Below are positions 38,050 to 46,213 of a stretch of DNA of 64,000 bases, in pieces. The position numbers and the translations under genes are program-made. Origin of the DNA: Verrucomicrobiota bacterium. GTDB lineage: Bacteria; Verrucomicrobiota; Verrucomicrobiia; Limisphaerales; Palsa-1400. Below the pieces are notes generated by a model that saw only the letters and a list, made by a program, of their open reading frames with translations, did not search any database and was not told the DNA's origin. Within the stretch, counting starts at the first letter, position 1; every line of letters begins with the position of its first letter. The stretch is taken from positions 32,001-96,000 of the forward strand of contig JBEKYR010000007.1 in NCBI GenBank assembly GCA_049510745.1. Direction: 5' to 3'.

Positions 38050-40896
38050 TTACTTCTTTGGAACCAGGCGCAACAAGGGCCGGGGTTCCTTCAGGATGGG
38101 CTGAATGAAGCCTTGGCGGCCGCCGCCTCGCCCCCCGGAGAGCCGGTCCTTCAATAATTCCAGGCGCGATTCAAAATTCAGCACAGGCTTCGCTCCAAGG
38201 TCGGTGCCCCATACCCACAAGGTCCCGTCCGAGGTCAGGCCAAACCACGTTTCTCCGGCGACCCACACATCGACCCAGTCCGAGCGGGAGCCGATCTGGC
38301 GCCACAAACCCACCCAAGGGCGGCCGGCAGTCCATAAGGTGCCATCAGACCGCACCCGGTCTTGCGTTTGGTACGACACCGAGTGAACGTGGTCCGCGGC
38401 CCAATCCGAACTTATGAAAGAACAAACGGCGCTGGCGCCGGCTTGGGCATTCGGCAAACCAACCCCTGCTTCCCACAATTCACCCGCCCGATTTCGGACC
38501 AGGCCGCCGGCGTCAAGTCCGATCCAATTCGTCTCCGCACAAACCTGTGTCGGGAAGGTCAGGTTCGTGTGGAACCAGAGAGACCCGACCCGCGAACCGG
38601 CCAGACTGCCCCACGCCCACAGCGTTCCGTCGGACCGCAGGCCGAACATCGCTCCGCCCCGGATGGAAACGGCCGTCCAATTGCTCGCGGTTCCGACCTG
38701 AACCCATCGATTGGAATTGGCATGAATGAGCTGCTGGATCGCTATGCCACGGTCATCCCGGTTCCAGAGCGTTCCGTCTTTTCTGAGGGCAATCATGTGA
38801 TTCCAGCCAACGCAAATGTCAGTCCAATCCCGGCCGGGGAACGCCGGCTGGGGATCGTTGTGCATGTTGCCGTAGTGGTAGCCCCATTCCCAGACCGTTC
38901 CATCGGCGCGCAAACCGAGGCAATACGAGCCGTCTCCAGTCGCCTTGACCCAATTGCGGGCGGCGCCGATTTGCTCCGGGACGGCGGCGCGCCGCATCGT
39001 GGGCGGACCGGTCCACCCCCAGCGCCAAAGAGTGCCATCGGGCAGGACCAAAAACACTCCGTTGCGTGGAAGGACGGGAAAGATTCTGACCGGGCCGTTG
39101 CTTTGTGTGATTGACACAAGGACGGGCGGGGGAAATTGGGAACGGGTGCGGGCCAGCACCACGCCGGCCAGCGCCAGCACGGCGGCCAGACAGACGACGA
39201 CCGGCTTGCGGAAACGCGGGGCAACGATGCGCCCGGCGAATCCGACCATAGCCGCCGCCATTTTTCCCGGGAATTGCCGCCAGCGAAAATGCGTCCGCTC
39301 CGGGATGAGCGGCCGCTGCGCCAACTCGCGGAACCTCACGCGCAACGATCTCCAGGCGCGCAGTCCGTAAAAAAGGTCCGCCAGAAGCCCCGTGCCCAGC
39401 CATAGCCCCAGCGTGAAACGCTCGCCCGGCGTCTGGCGCGTCAGGTCCAGCAAGGAACACGCGTTCCAGACGGCCAGGATGCCGGCGAACGCAATCCAAG
39501 GGACGACCAAAATGCGAACGACCGCCGTCATGGTGGCGCGCGTCTGGCTCCGGGCCGTGAGCGCCGCCAGCATGGCCACCCAAATTAACGCCGCCACGTC
39601 CGCCACCAACATGATGACGATGACCAGCAAAGTATAGACTTCCTCGCGCGCGTTGTGCCGGCGGACCATCATTCCGGCGAAGATCAATTCCACGGCCACC
39701 ACGACCAGCAGCGGGCGGAGAAATTGCCGGCGCAAAGCGCGCACCTGGCCACCCAGGATGTCGCCGACCATCAGTGGCGTGACGAGCAACAATTCAAAGG
39801 CGCCGGAGCGGCGGTCTTCACCCAAGCGGTGTCCGGCCTCCAGCGTGATCCAGAGTTTGAAGGTGGAATTGAGGAGCACGGCGACCACAAAATAGGTGGA
39901 TTCGTCCAGCCAAAGGCGGCCCTCCTTAATCCATCCATAGACCCACCAAACCGCTGCCAGCCCCAGGAAGATCCAGACATGGACCGGCTTGAGCCGGGCG
40001 CGCGCCGCCAGCCAGAAGAAGGCGTTGGCGTCCAGCGCTCTTCTGCGGAAGGCGGCTCGTTGGGCCGGGCCGCCGTAATTGAGGAGCGGGCCGAGTTCCC
40101 GCCAACGCCACCGGCCCGACGCCGCCACCGCCGGTTTGTCGGACCAGGCGTGGGGCACAATCGAGCAGGCCAAAAACACAAAGAGCCACGCCAGCAAATG
40201 AGTCAAACCCACCGACCACCAAAAATCCGCCGCCATGGTCGCGTATAAACGGTCGGCGCAGAGGGCAAACGAATACAGGGGGCACAAATAAAAGAGTGGC
40301 GGCAGAAACACATTTGTGGCCGCAGCCAGCGCGAGGCCGCAGCCCGCCAGCCCGCCCACCACCAGCGCAAAGAGGAAGAAGTTCGCCGCCATTGCCGCCC
40401 GGTATTCCCGCGTCGCCGCCGATGCCAGGATGCCGATGGCCAGGGAAAGAAAGAAGGTGTTCGCCAGGACCAACACCATCCGCCAAAGTTCGCCGTTGGT
40501 CATCCCGCCCAACAGCAGCGGGATTGCCAGGACGGGGAAGACGGCCAGCAACGCGTAAAAGGCCGACAGCGAGGTTGCCACGAGCTTTCCCAAAACGACA
40601 TCGTAACCTTTCAAGTCGGTCAGGAAGAGCAGCCCCAGGGTTCCTTCCCGTTTTTCCCGGCTCAGGCAGTCGGCGGTCGAGCTTCGACCCACAGTCAAGC
40701 AAAAGAGAATCGACAGGCCGGACAATCCCCAGAAGAGCACCGTGCCGAGTTTGGCCTGGGGTTGGAAGAAGTTGACCAGAGCGGCGGCCACGCCGATGAG
40801 CACGGCCAGGAAGGCGACCCCGACCCGACTCCAATAGGTGACGGGGCGGCGCGAACCTTCCCGCAACTCCCGATCCACAATGGGCAGGAATCTCAT
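38050..40896 (-). CDS. ABC-2-type permease-like membrane protein fused to C-terminal RCC1-like repeats
   Basis: LPIVDRELR, ADCLSREKREGTLGLLFLT, EDRRSGAFELLLVTP; repeated L..DGTLW.WG in the C-terminal third. Confidence 0.8.
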   Translation of the reverse strand: MRFLPIVDRELREGSRRPVTYWSRVGVAFLAVLIGVAAALVNFFQPQAKLGTVLFWGLSGLSILFCLTVGRSSTADCLSREKREGTLGLLFLTDLKGYDVVLGKLVATSLSAFYALLAVFPVLAIPLLLGGMTNGELWRMVLVLANTFFLSLAIGILASAATREYRAAMAANFFLFALVVGGLAGCGLALAAATNVFLPPLFYLCPLYSFALCADRLYATMAADFWWSVGLTHLLAWLFVFLACSIVPHAWSDKPAVAASGRWRWRELGPLLNYGGPAQRAAFRRRALDANAFFWLAARARLKPVHVWIFLGLAAVWWVYGWIKEGRLWLDESTYFVVAVLLNSTFKLWITLEAGHRLGEDRRSGAFELLLVTPLMVGDILGGQVRALRRQFLRPLLVVVAVELIFAGMMVRRHNAREEVYTLLVIVIMLVADVAALIWVAMLAALTARSQTRATMTAVVRILVVPWIAFAGILAVWNACSLLDLTRQTPGERFTLGLWLGTGLLADLFYGLRAWRSLRVRFRELAQRPLIPERTHFRWRQFPGKMAAAMVGFAGRIVAPRFRKPVVVCLAAVLALAGVVLARTRSQFPPPVLVSITQSNGPVRIFPVLPRNGVFLVLPDGTLWRWGWTGPPTMRRAAVPEQIGAARNWVKATGDGSYCLGLRADGTVWEWGYHYGNMHNDPQPAFPGRDWTDICVGWNHMIALRKDGTLWNRDDRGIAIQQLIHANSNRWVQVGTASNWTAVSIRGGAMFGLRSDGTLWAWGSLAGSRVGSLWFHTNLTFPTQVCAETNWIGLDAGGLVRNRAGELWEAGVGLPNAQAGASAVCSFISSDWAADHVHSVSYQTQDRVRSDGTLWTAGRPWVGLWRQIGSRSDWVDVWVAGETWFGLTSDGTLWVWGTDLGAKPVLNFESRLELLKDRLSGGRGGGRQGFIQPILKEPRPLLRLVPKK

Positions 40897-40997
40897 GCTT
40901 GGCAGGGGAAGTTTTGAAGATTGGCCCGGCGATGTCAACGCGGGGCGGCGCCGAAAATGATTGCCAACTTCCCGCGCCGGGGGCATTGGAGAACCCG

Positions 40998-41636
40998 ATG
41001 TGCGGCCGATATTCGCTGACGAAAAAGGAACTGCGGCTGGTTTCGCAACTGCCGCCGGCAGAGGTGCAGCTTCATCTTCAGCCGCGCTTCAACATCGCGC
41101 CGACGCAAAACGCGCCGGTGATTATCATGGAAGACGGGCAAATGGCACCGCGGGAAATGCGCTGGGGCCTGCAACCCGCCTGGTCGCCCGGACCCATCAT
41201 CAACGCCAGGGCCGAAACGTTGACCGCCAAACCAGCCTTTCGCCGCGCCTTTTTGCATGGCCGCTGTTTGGTCCCCGCGGATGGCTTTTACGAGTGGCGC
41301 CGGCCGGACAAAGCCCCGTTTCGCTTTGTCGCGCCGGAGGGGGAGGCGTTTTGTTTCGCGGGGATTTGGGATCAGGCCCTTGTCCAGAAGGCGGCGGGGC
41401 CTGTGAGGGCGTATGCCATTCTGACGACGGGTGCGAGCGCGGAAGTGCTGCCGATTCACGCGCGCATGCCGCTGATCCTGGCGCCGGCCGACTACGGCGG
41501 GTGGCTGGCCGACGGGGCGCGGGCGGAAGAGATTCTGAGGACGCCCTGCGCGGCCCGGTTGCGCCGCTACCCCGTCAGCACGCTGGTCAACAGCCCGTTG
41601 AACGAGGACCCACGATGCGTGGAACAGCAGAATTGA
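40998..41636 (+). CDS. SOS response-associated peptidase (SRAP/YedK/HMCES family)
   Basis: MCGRY start, RFNIAPTQ, INARAET, RCLVPADGFYEW, IHARMP. Confidence 0.95.
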   Translation: MCGRYSLTKKELRLVSQLPPAEVQLHLQPRFNIAPTQNAPVIIMEDGQMAPREMRWGLQPAWSPGPIINARAETLTAKPAFRRAFLHGRCLVPADGFYEWRRPDKAPFRFVAPEGEAFCFAGIWDQALVQKAAGPVRAYAILTTGASAEVLPIHARMPLILAPADYGGWLADGARAEEILRTPCAARLRRYPVSTLVNSPLNEDPRCVEQQN

Positions 41637-41662
41637 TTTTCCCGTTTTTTGCCCGTTGTCCT

Positions 41663-41690
41663 TTGACAGCCGCAACGGCTTGGTTATACT
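41663..41690 (+). promoter_or_regulatory. Near-consensus sigma70 promoter of the repeat-protein gene
   Basis: TTGACA-16 bp-TATACT ending 20 bp upstream of ATG 41711. Confidence 0.65.
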
Positions 41691-41710
41691 CCCTCCGACA
41701 AGAACCGCCC

Positions 41711-44700
41711 ATGAAACCGCTGATACGCCGCTGCATCGGGTTGCTCGCCCTCCAACTCGCCTCCACCCTTCACGCCCAGCCCATTCTGATCCAGCCGCAG
41801 AACCAGACCATCGGCGGCACCAGCGTCAGCAATCTGCGCATCCTCAAGCAATCGGCCGACGGCACGGAAACCATCTTGATGGTCGATTTTATATACGACG
41901 GCGTCAACGGGCCTTCCGCGCGGGTCTTGCCCGTTATCACCGACAAAAAGGTGCCCAACGTCTCCAGTTGGTTCGGGGCGGACCCCGTCACCATTGGCAG
42001 CGGCCACGGCACCATCTCCTTGCGCGTCAAGTTTTTCAATGATGATCCCGGCGTGCCGCCGCAGGTCACCACCGATCACGTCCGCATCATGATTATGTCG
42101 GACACCGGCAACGCTGTTATCAGCCAGGGCATTTTCTCCAGGACCATCAAGTGGGGCAGTGCCACTGCTCCGGTTGCCACCGCGCCGCCGCCGCCCGCCG
42201 CTACCGCGCCTCCGCCCCAACCCCAAGACCAAGCCAGCCTCCGCGCCCTGGCGGAAGCCCAGCGCATCGCGGAAGAAAAGGCCAGAGCCGAAGCCAAAGC
42301 CCAGCAGGAAGCCAGGCTCAAAGCCGAAGCCGAAGAAAAAGCGCGCCAGGAAGCCGAAGCCAAGCGCCTGGCGGAGGAAAAAGCCAGGGCCGAAGTCGAA
42401 GCCAAAGCCCGCGAGGAGGCCAGGTTAAAAGCGGAAGCAGAAGAAAAGGCCCGGCAAGAAGCCGAAGCCAAACGATTGGCCGACGAAAAAGCCAGGGCCG
42501 AAGCCGAAGTCAAGGCCCGCGAAGAAGCCCGGCTCAAGGCCGAAGCCGAAGAACGGGCGCGCCAGGAAGCCGAAGCCAAGCGGCTGGCCGAAGAAAGAGC
42601 CAAAGCCGAAGCCGAAGCCAAAGCCCGCGAGGAAGCCCGACTCAAGGCTGAAGCCGAAGAACGGGCGCGCCAGGAAGCCGAAGCCCGGCGATTAGCCGAG
42701 GAAAAGACCAAGGCTGAAGCCGAAGCCAAAGCCCGCGAAGAAGCCAGACTAAAAGCGGAGGCCGAAGAAAAAGCGCGCCAGGAAGCCGAAGCCAAGCGGC
42801 TGGCCGAAGAAAAGGCCAAGGCCGAAGCCGAAGCCAAAGCCCAGGAGGAGGCCAGGCTCAAAGCCGAAGCCGAAGAGAAGGCCCGCCAGGAAGCCGAAGC
42901 CAGGCGGCTGGCCGAAGAAAAGGCCAAAGCTGAAGCTGAAGCCAAAGCCCGCGAGGAAGCCCGGCTCAAGGCCGAAGCCGAAGAAAGAGCCAAGGCCGAA
43001 GCCGCAGCCAAACGACTGGCCGAGGAAAAAGCCAAGGCCGAAGCCGAAGCCAAGGCCCGCGAGGAAGCCAGATTGAAAGCCGAAGCCGAAGAAAGAGCGC
43101 GCCAGGAAGCCGAAGCCAAGCGGCTAGCCGAAGAAAAAGCCAAAGCCGAAGCCGCTGCCAAAGCCCGCGAGGAAGCTAGATTAAAAGCCGAAGCCGAAGA
43201 AAAAGCGCGTCAGGAAGCCGAAGCCAAGCGGCTGGCCGAAGAAAAAGCCAAGGCCGAAGCCGAAGCCAAAGCCCGGGAAGAAGCCAGATTAAAAGCGGAA
43301 GCCGAAGAAAAGGCCCGGCAAGAAGCCGAAGCCAAGCGGTTGGCCGACGAGAAAGCCAAAGCCGAAGCCGAAGCCAAAGCTCGCGAAGAAGCCAGACTAA
43401 AAGCGGAAGCGGAAGAAAAAGCCCGCCAGGAAGCCGAAGCCAAGCGGCTGGCCGAAGAAAAGGCCAAGGCCGAGGCCGAAGCCAAAGCTCGCGAGGAGGC
43501 CAGGCTCAAAGCCGAGGCGGAAGAAAAAGCCCGCCATGACGCCGAAGCCAAGCGGCTGGCCGAAGAAAAAGCCAAGGCCGAGGCCGAAGCCAAAGCGTTG
43601 GTTGAAGCCAAAGCTCGTGAAGAAGCCAAAGCCCGCGAGGAAGCCAGGCTCAAAGCCGAAGCGGAAGAAAAGGCCCGCCATGAAGCCGAAGCCAAGCGGC
43701 TGGCCGAGGAAAAAGCCAAGGCCGAAGCAGAAGCCAAAGCCCGCGAAGAAGCCAGATTGAAAGCCGAAGCCGAAGAAAAGGCCCGGCAGGAAGCCGAAGC
43801 CAAGCGGCTGGCTGAAGAAAAAGCCAAAGCCGAAGCCGAAGCCAAGGCCCGCGAAGAAGCCAGATTGAAAGCCGAAGCCGAAGAAAAAGCGCGCCAAGAA
43901 GCCGAAGCCAAGCGGCTGGCCGAAGAAAAAGCCAAGGCCGAAGCCGAAGCCAAGGCCCGCGAAGAAGCCCGGCTCAAGGCCGAAGCCGAAGAGAAGGCGC
44001 GCCAGGAAGCCGAAGCCAGGCGGCTGGCCGAAGAAAAGGCCAAGGCCGAAGCCGAAGCCAAAGCTCGCGAAGAAGCCCGGCTCAAGGCTGAAGCCGAAGA
44101 AAGAGCCAAAGCCGAAGCTGCAGCCAAACGATTGGCCGAAGAAAAGGCCAAGGCCGAAGCCGAAGCCAAGGCCCGCGAAGAAGCCAGATTGAAAGCCGAA
44201 GCCGAAGAAAAGGCCAGGCAGGCCGCAGAAGCCAAGCGGCTGGCCGAGGAAAAAGCCAAAGCCGAAGCCGAGGCTAAAGCCCAGGAGGAAGCCAGATTAA
44301 AAGCGGAAGCCGAAGAAAAAGCGCGCCAGGAAGCCGAAGCCAAACGGCTGGCCGAAGAAAAAGCCAAAGCCGAGGCCGAAGCCAAGGCCCGCGAGGAAGC
44401 CCGACTCAAGGCCGAAGCCGAAGAGAAGGCCCGCCAGGAAGCCGAAGCCAAGCGGCTGGCCGAGGAAAAAGCCAAGGCCGAAGCCGAAGCCAAGGCCCGC
44501 GAAGAAGCCCGATTGAAGGCGGAAGCCGAAGAAAAGGCGCGCCACGAGGCGGAGGCCAAACGGCTGGCCGAAGAAAAGGCCAAGGCCGAAGCCGAGGCCA
44601 AACGGTTGGCCGAGGAAAAAGCCAAAGCCGAAGCCGAGGCCAAAGCCCGCGAAGAAGCCCGCCTCAAGGCCGAAGCCGAGGAGAAGGCGCGCCAGGAAGC

Positions 44701-45784
44701 CGAAGCCAAACGCTTGGCCGAAGAAAGAGCCAAGGCCGAGGCCGAAGCCAAGCGACTGGCCGAAGAAAAAGCCAGAGCCGAGGCCGAAGCCAAGCGGATT
44801 GCCGAGGAAAAAGCCAAGGCCGAGGCCGAAGCCAAACGGATTGCCGAGGAAAAAGCCAAGGCCGAGGCCGAAGCCAAGCGGATTGCCGAGGAAAAAGCCA
44901 AGGCCGAGGCCGAAGCCAAACGGATTGCCGAAGAAAAGGCCAAAGCCGAGGCCGAAGCCAAGCGCCTGGCCGAAGAAAGGGCCAAGGCAGTGGCCACAGC
45001 CCCGCCGGCCCAAGCCGCTCCGGCCCCCAGGAAAGCGGCGTTTGCCATTTCTTCAAAGGCCCGCAGCAAAGTCACCAACATTGACGTTGTGAACCGGAAC
45101 ATCGACCGCACCGAGATGACCATTGCGGTCGAGTATCAATACGCCAAGGATGATGCTTTGCCGAGAATGGGTGTCGATCTGGCCAGCACGGACGAGCCGC
45201 TGGCCTCCGACTGTTTCACCTGCGCTCCCGTCGATATTGGCAAGGGCAGCCGCAATTTCGTCATGTTCCCTGTCAAACTGAACGCCGCCGCCGCCGCGCA
45301 AACCTTCAAACGGGCCACCCTGCCGACCGACAAGGTCTGGGTTTACCTCACCGACGACGCCGGCTTGAAATCCTACATTTTCCAGGGAACCATGCTCCTG
45401 GTCTGGCACATGCCCGGCGGCGCCGCGGCCGCCCCCGCCGCCGCCACTTCCCGCAACACGGTGGAAATCGACAATTTCAAACAGAACGACTATTTCAGCG
45501 GCTACATCACGGTCAAGTACAACCTTATCCCCGCCGGCGGCAAACTCCGCCTCCGCATCCAGGACTCCTCCAACCCCGCCGTCGCCGACTACTTCGCTTC
45601 CGACGACATCCCGGTGAAAGCGGGGCCGGGCCTGCAATTGATCAAGATCGCCGTGCCCAAGGAATCGAAGTCGCCGGACGTGTTTAACGCCGACACCATC
45701 GAAGTCCAACTGCTCGACGACAAGGACGCGGTCCTGACCAGCGCCAAGAAGCAAACGCCGATGAGCTGGGCGAAGCCGAAATAA
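41711..45784 (+). CDS. Secreted protein with ~910-aa Ala/Glu/Lys/Arg helical repeat between three homologous globular domains (TolA-like composition only)
   Basis: Signal peptide MKPLIRRCIGLLALQLASTLHA|Q; 36-aa repeats; Pro-rich hinges. Confidence 0.88.
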   Translation: MKPLIRRCIGLLALQLASTLHAQPILIQPQNQTIGGTSVSNLRILKQSADGTETILMVDFIYDGVNGPSARVLPVITDKKVPNVSSWFGADPVTIGSGHGTISLRVKFFNDDPGVPPQVTTDHVRIMIMSDTGNAVISQGIFSRTIKWGSATAPVATAPPPPAATAPPPQPQDQASLRALAEAQRIAEEKARAEAKAQQEARLKAEAEEKARQEAEAKRLAEEKARAEVEAKAREEARLKAEAEEKARQEAEAKRLADEKARAEAEVKAREEARLKAEAEERARQEAEAKRLAEERAKAEAEAKAREEARLKAEAEERARQEAEARRLAEEKTKAEAEAKAREEARLKAEAEEKARQEAEAKRLAEEKAKAEAEAKAQEEARLKAEAEEKARQEAEARRLAEEKAKAEAEAKAREEARLKAEAEERAKAEAAAKRLAEEKAKAEAEAKAREEARLKAEAEERARQEAEAKRLAEEKAKAEAAAKAREEARLKAEAEEKARQEAEAKRLAEEKAKAEAEAKAREEARLKAEAEEKARQEAEAKRLADEKAKAEAEAKAREEARLKAEAEEKARQEAEAKRLAEEKAKAEAEAKAREEARLKAEAEEKARHDAEAKRLAEEKAKAEAEAKALVEAKAREEAKAREEARLKAEAEEKARHEAEAKRLAEEKAKAEAEAKAREEARLKAEAEEKARQEAEAKRLAEEKAKAEAEAKAREEARLKAEAEEKARQEAEAKRLAEEKAKAEAEAKAREEARLKAEAEEKARQEAEARRLAEEKAKAEAEAKAREEARLKAEAEERAKAEAAAKRLAEEKAKAEAEAKAREEARLKAEAEEKARQAAEAKRLAEEKAKAEAEAKAQEEARLKAEAEEKARQEAEAKRLAEEKAKAEAEAKAREEARLKAEAEEKARQEAEAKRLAEEKAKAEAEAKAREEARLKAEAEEKARHEAEAKRLAEEKAKAEAEAKRLAEEKAKAEAEAKAREEARLKAEAEEKARQEAEAKRLAEERAKAEAEAKRLAEEKARAEAEAKRIAEEKAKAEAEAKRIAEEKAKAEAEAKRIAEEKAKAEAEAKRIAEEKAKAEAEAKRLAEERAKAVATAPPAQAAPAPRKAAFAISSKARSKVTNIDVVNRNIDRTEMTIAVEYQYAKDDALPRMGVDLASTDEPLASDCFTCAPVDIGKGSRNFVMFPVKLNAAAAAQTFKRATLPTDKVWVYLTDDAGLKSYIFQGTMLLVWHMPGGAAAAPAAATSRNTVEIDNFKQNDYFSGYITVKYNLIPAGGKLRLRIQDSSNPAVADYFASDDIPVKAGPGLQLIKIAVPKESKSPDVFNADTIEVQLLDDKDAVLTSAKKQTPMSWAKPK
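42250..44990 (+). repeat. Coding tandem repeat: about 22 x 108 bp, then about 6 x 42 bp
   Basis: Unit AEAEAKAREEARLKAEAEEKARQEAEAKRLAEEKAK; terminal unit AEAEAKRIAEEKAK. Confidence 0.95.
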
Positions 45785-45843
45785 GGGCCGGACTTGCAAA
45801 TCAGCGCCGTCGGTTTAGGTTCTGGCAAGCCAGCGTATTGCCG

Positions 45844-46095
45844 ATGAAATCCGACCAGGAGTTAATTGAGGAAATCCAGAGGGAACTGGCGCCCGGCTCG
45901 AGCCTGGGCCGGCAGATCGGCGAGCTGGCTTCGCGCCTGGAGGCGGCTCAAGCGAAGGCGGAGGCACTGCAGCGCGAGAACGCAGCCTTGAAAGCAAAGT
46001 TGCAGGCCGCCGGCCACAAGGAATCCGACATCAGCCAGGAAACCCTTCGCGGCATCGCCGACGTGATGCGCTCCGGGGCGCGGCCCTCGGATTGA
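45844..46095 (+). CDS. Small coiled-coil hypothetical protein
   Basis: 83 aa; IGELASRLEAAQAKAEALQRENAALKAKL heptads. Confidence 0.65.
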   Translation: MKSDQELIEEIQRELAPGSSLGRQIGELASRLEAAQAKAEALQRENAALKAKLQAAGHKESDISQETLRGIADVMRSGARPSD

Positions 46096-46213
46096 GCGCG
46101 CCGCCACCCGCGGGAGCGGCGTGGTTTTTCCGGGATCGAACTGCTGAACCGCTGATGAGGATGACGAATCGCCTTGAGACTTCCGCAAAAACGTCTATGT
46201 ACCAGCGCTGTTG

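Noticed and set aside
40961..41710. N-terminal 250 aa of the 1607-aa ORF
   Set aside because: Alternative frame over the SRAP gene; real start at 41711 has its own promoter and signal peptide
42250..44990. Regular repeats as a possible CRISPR array or true TolA
   Set aside because: No unique spacers and no cas genes; no TM anchor or tolQRB-pal context
42076..45123. Long minus-strand Ala/Ser-rich and Phe/Gly-rich ORFs
   Set aside because: Antisense shadows of the 108-bp coding repeat
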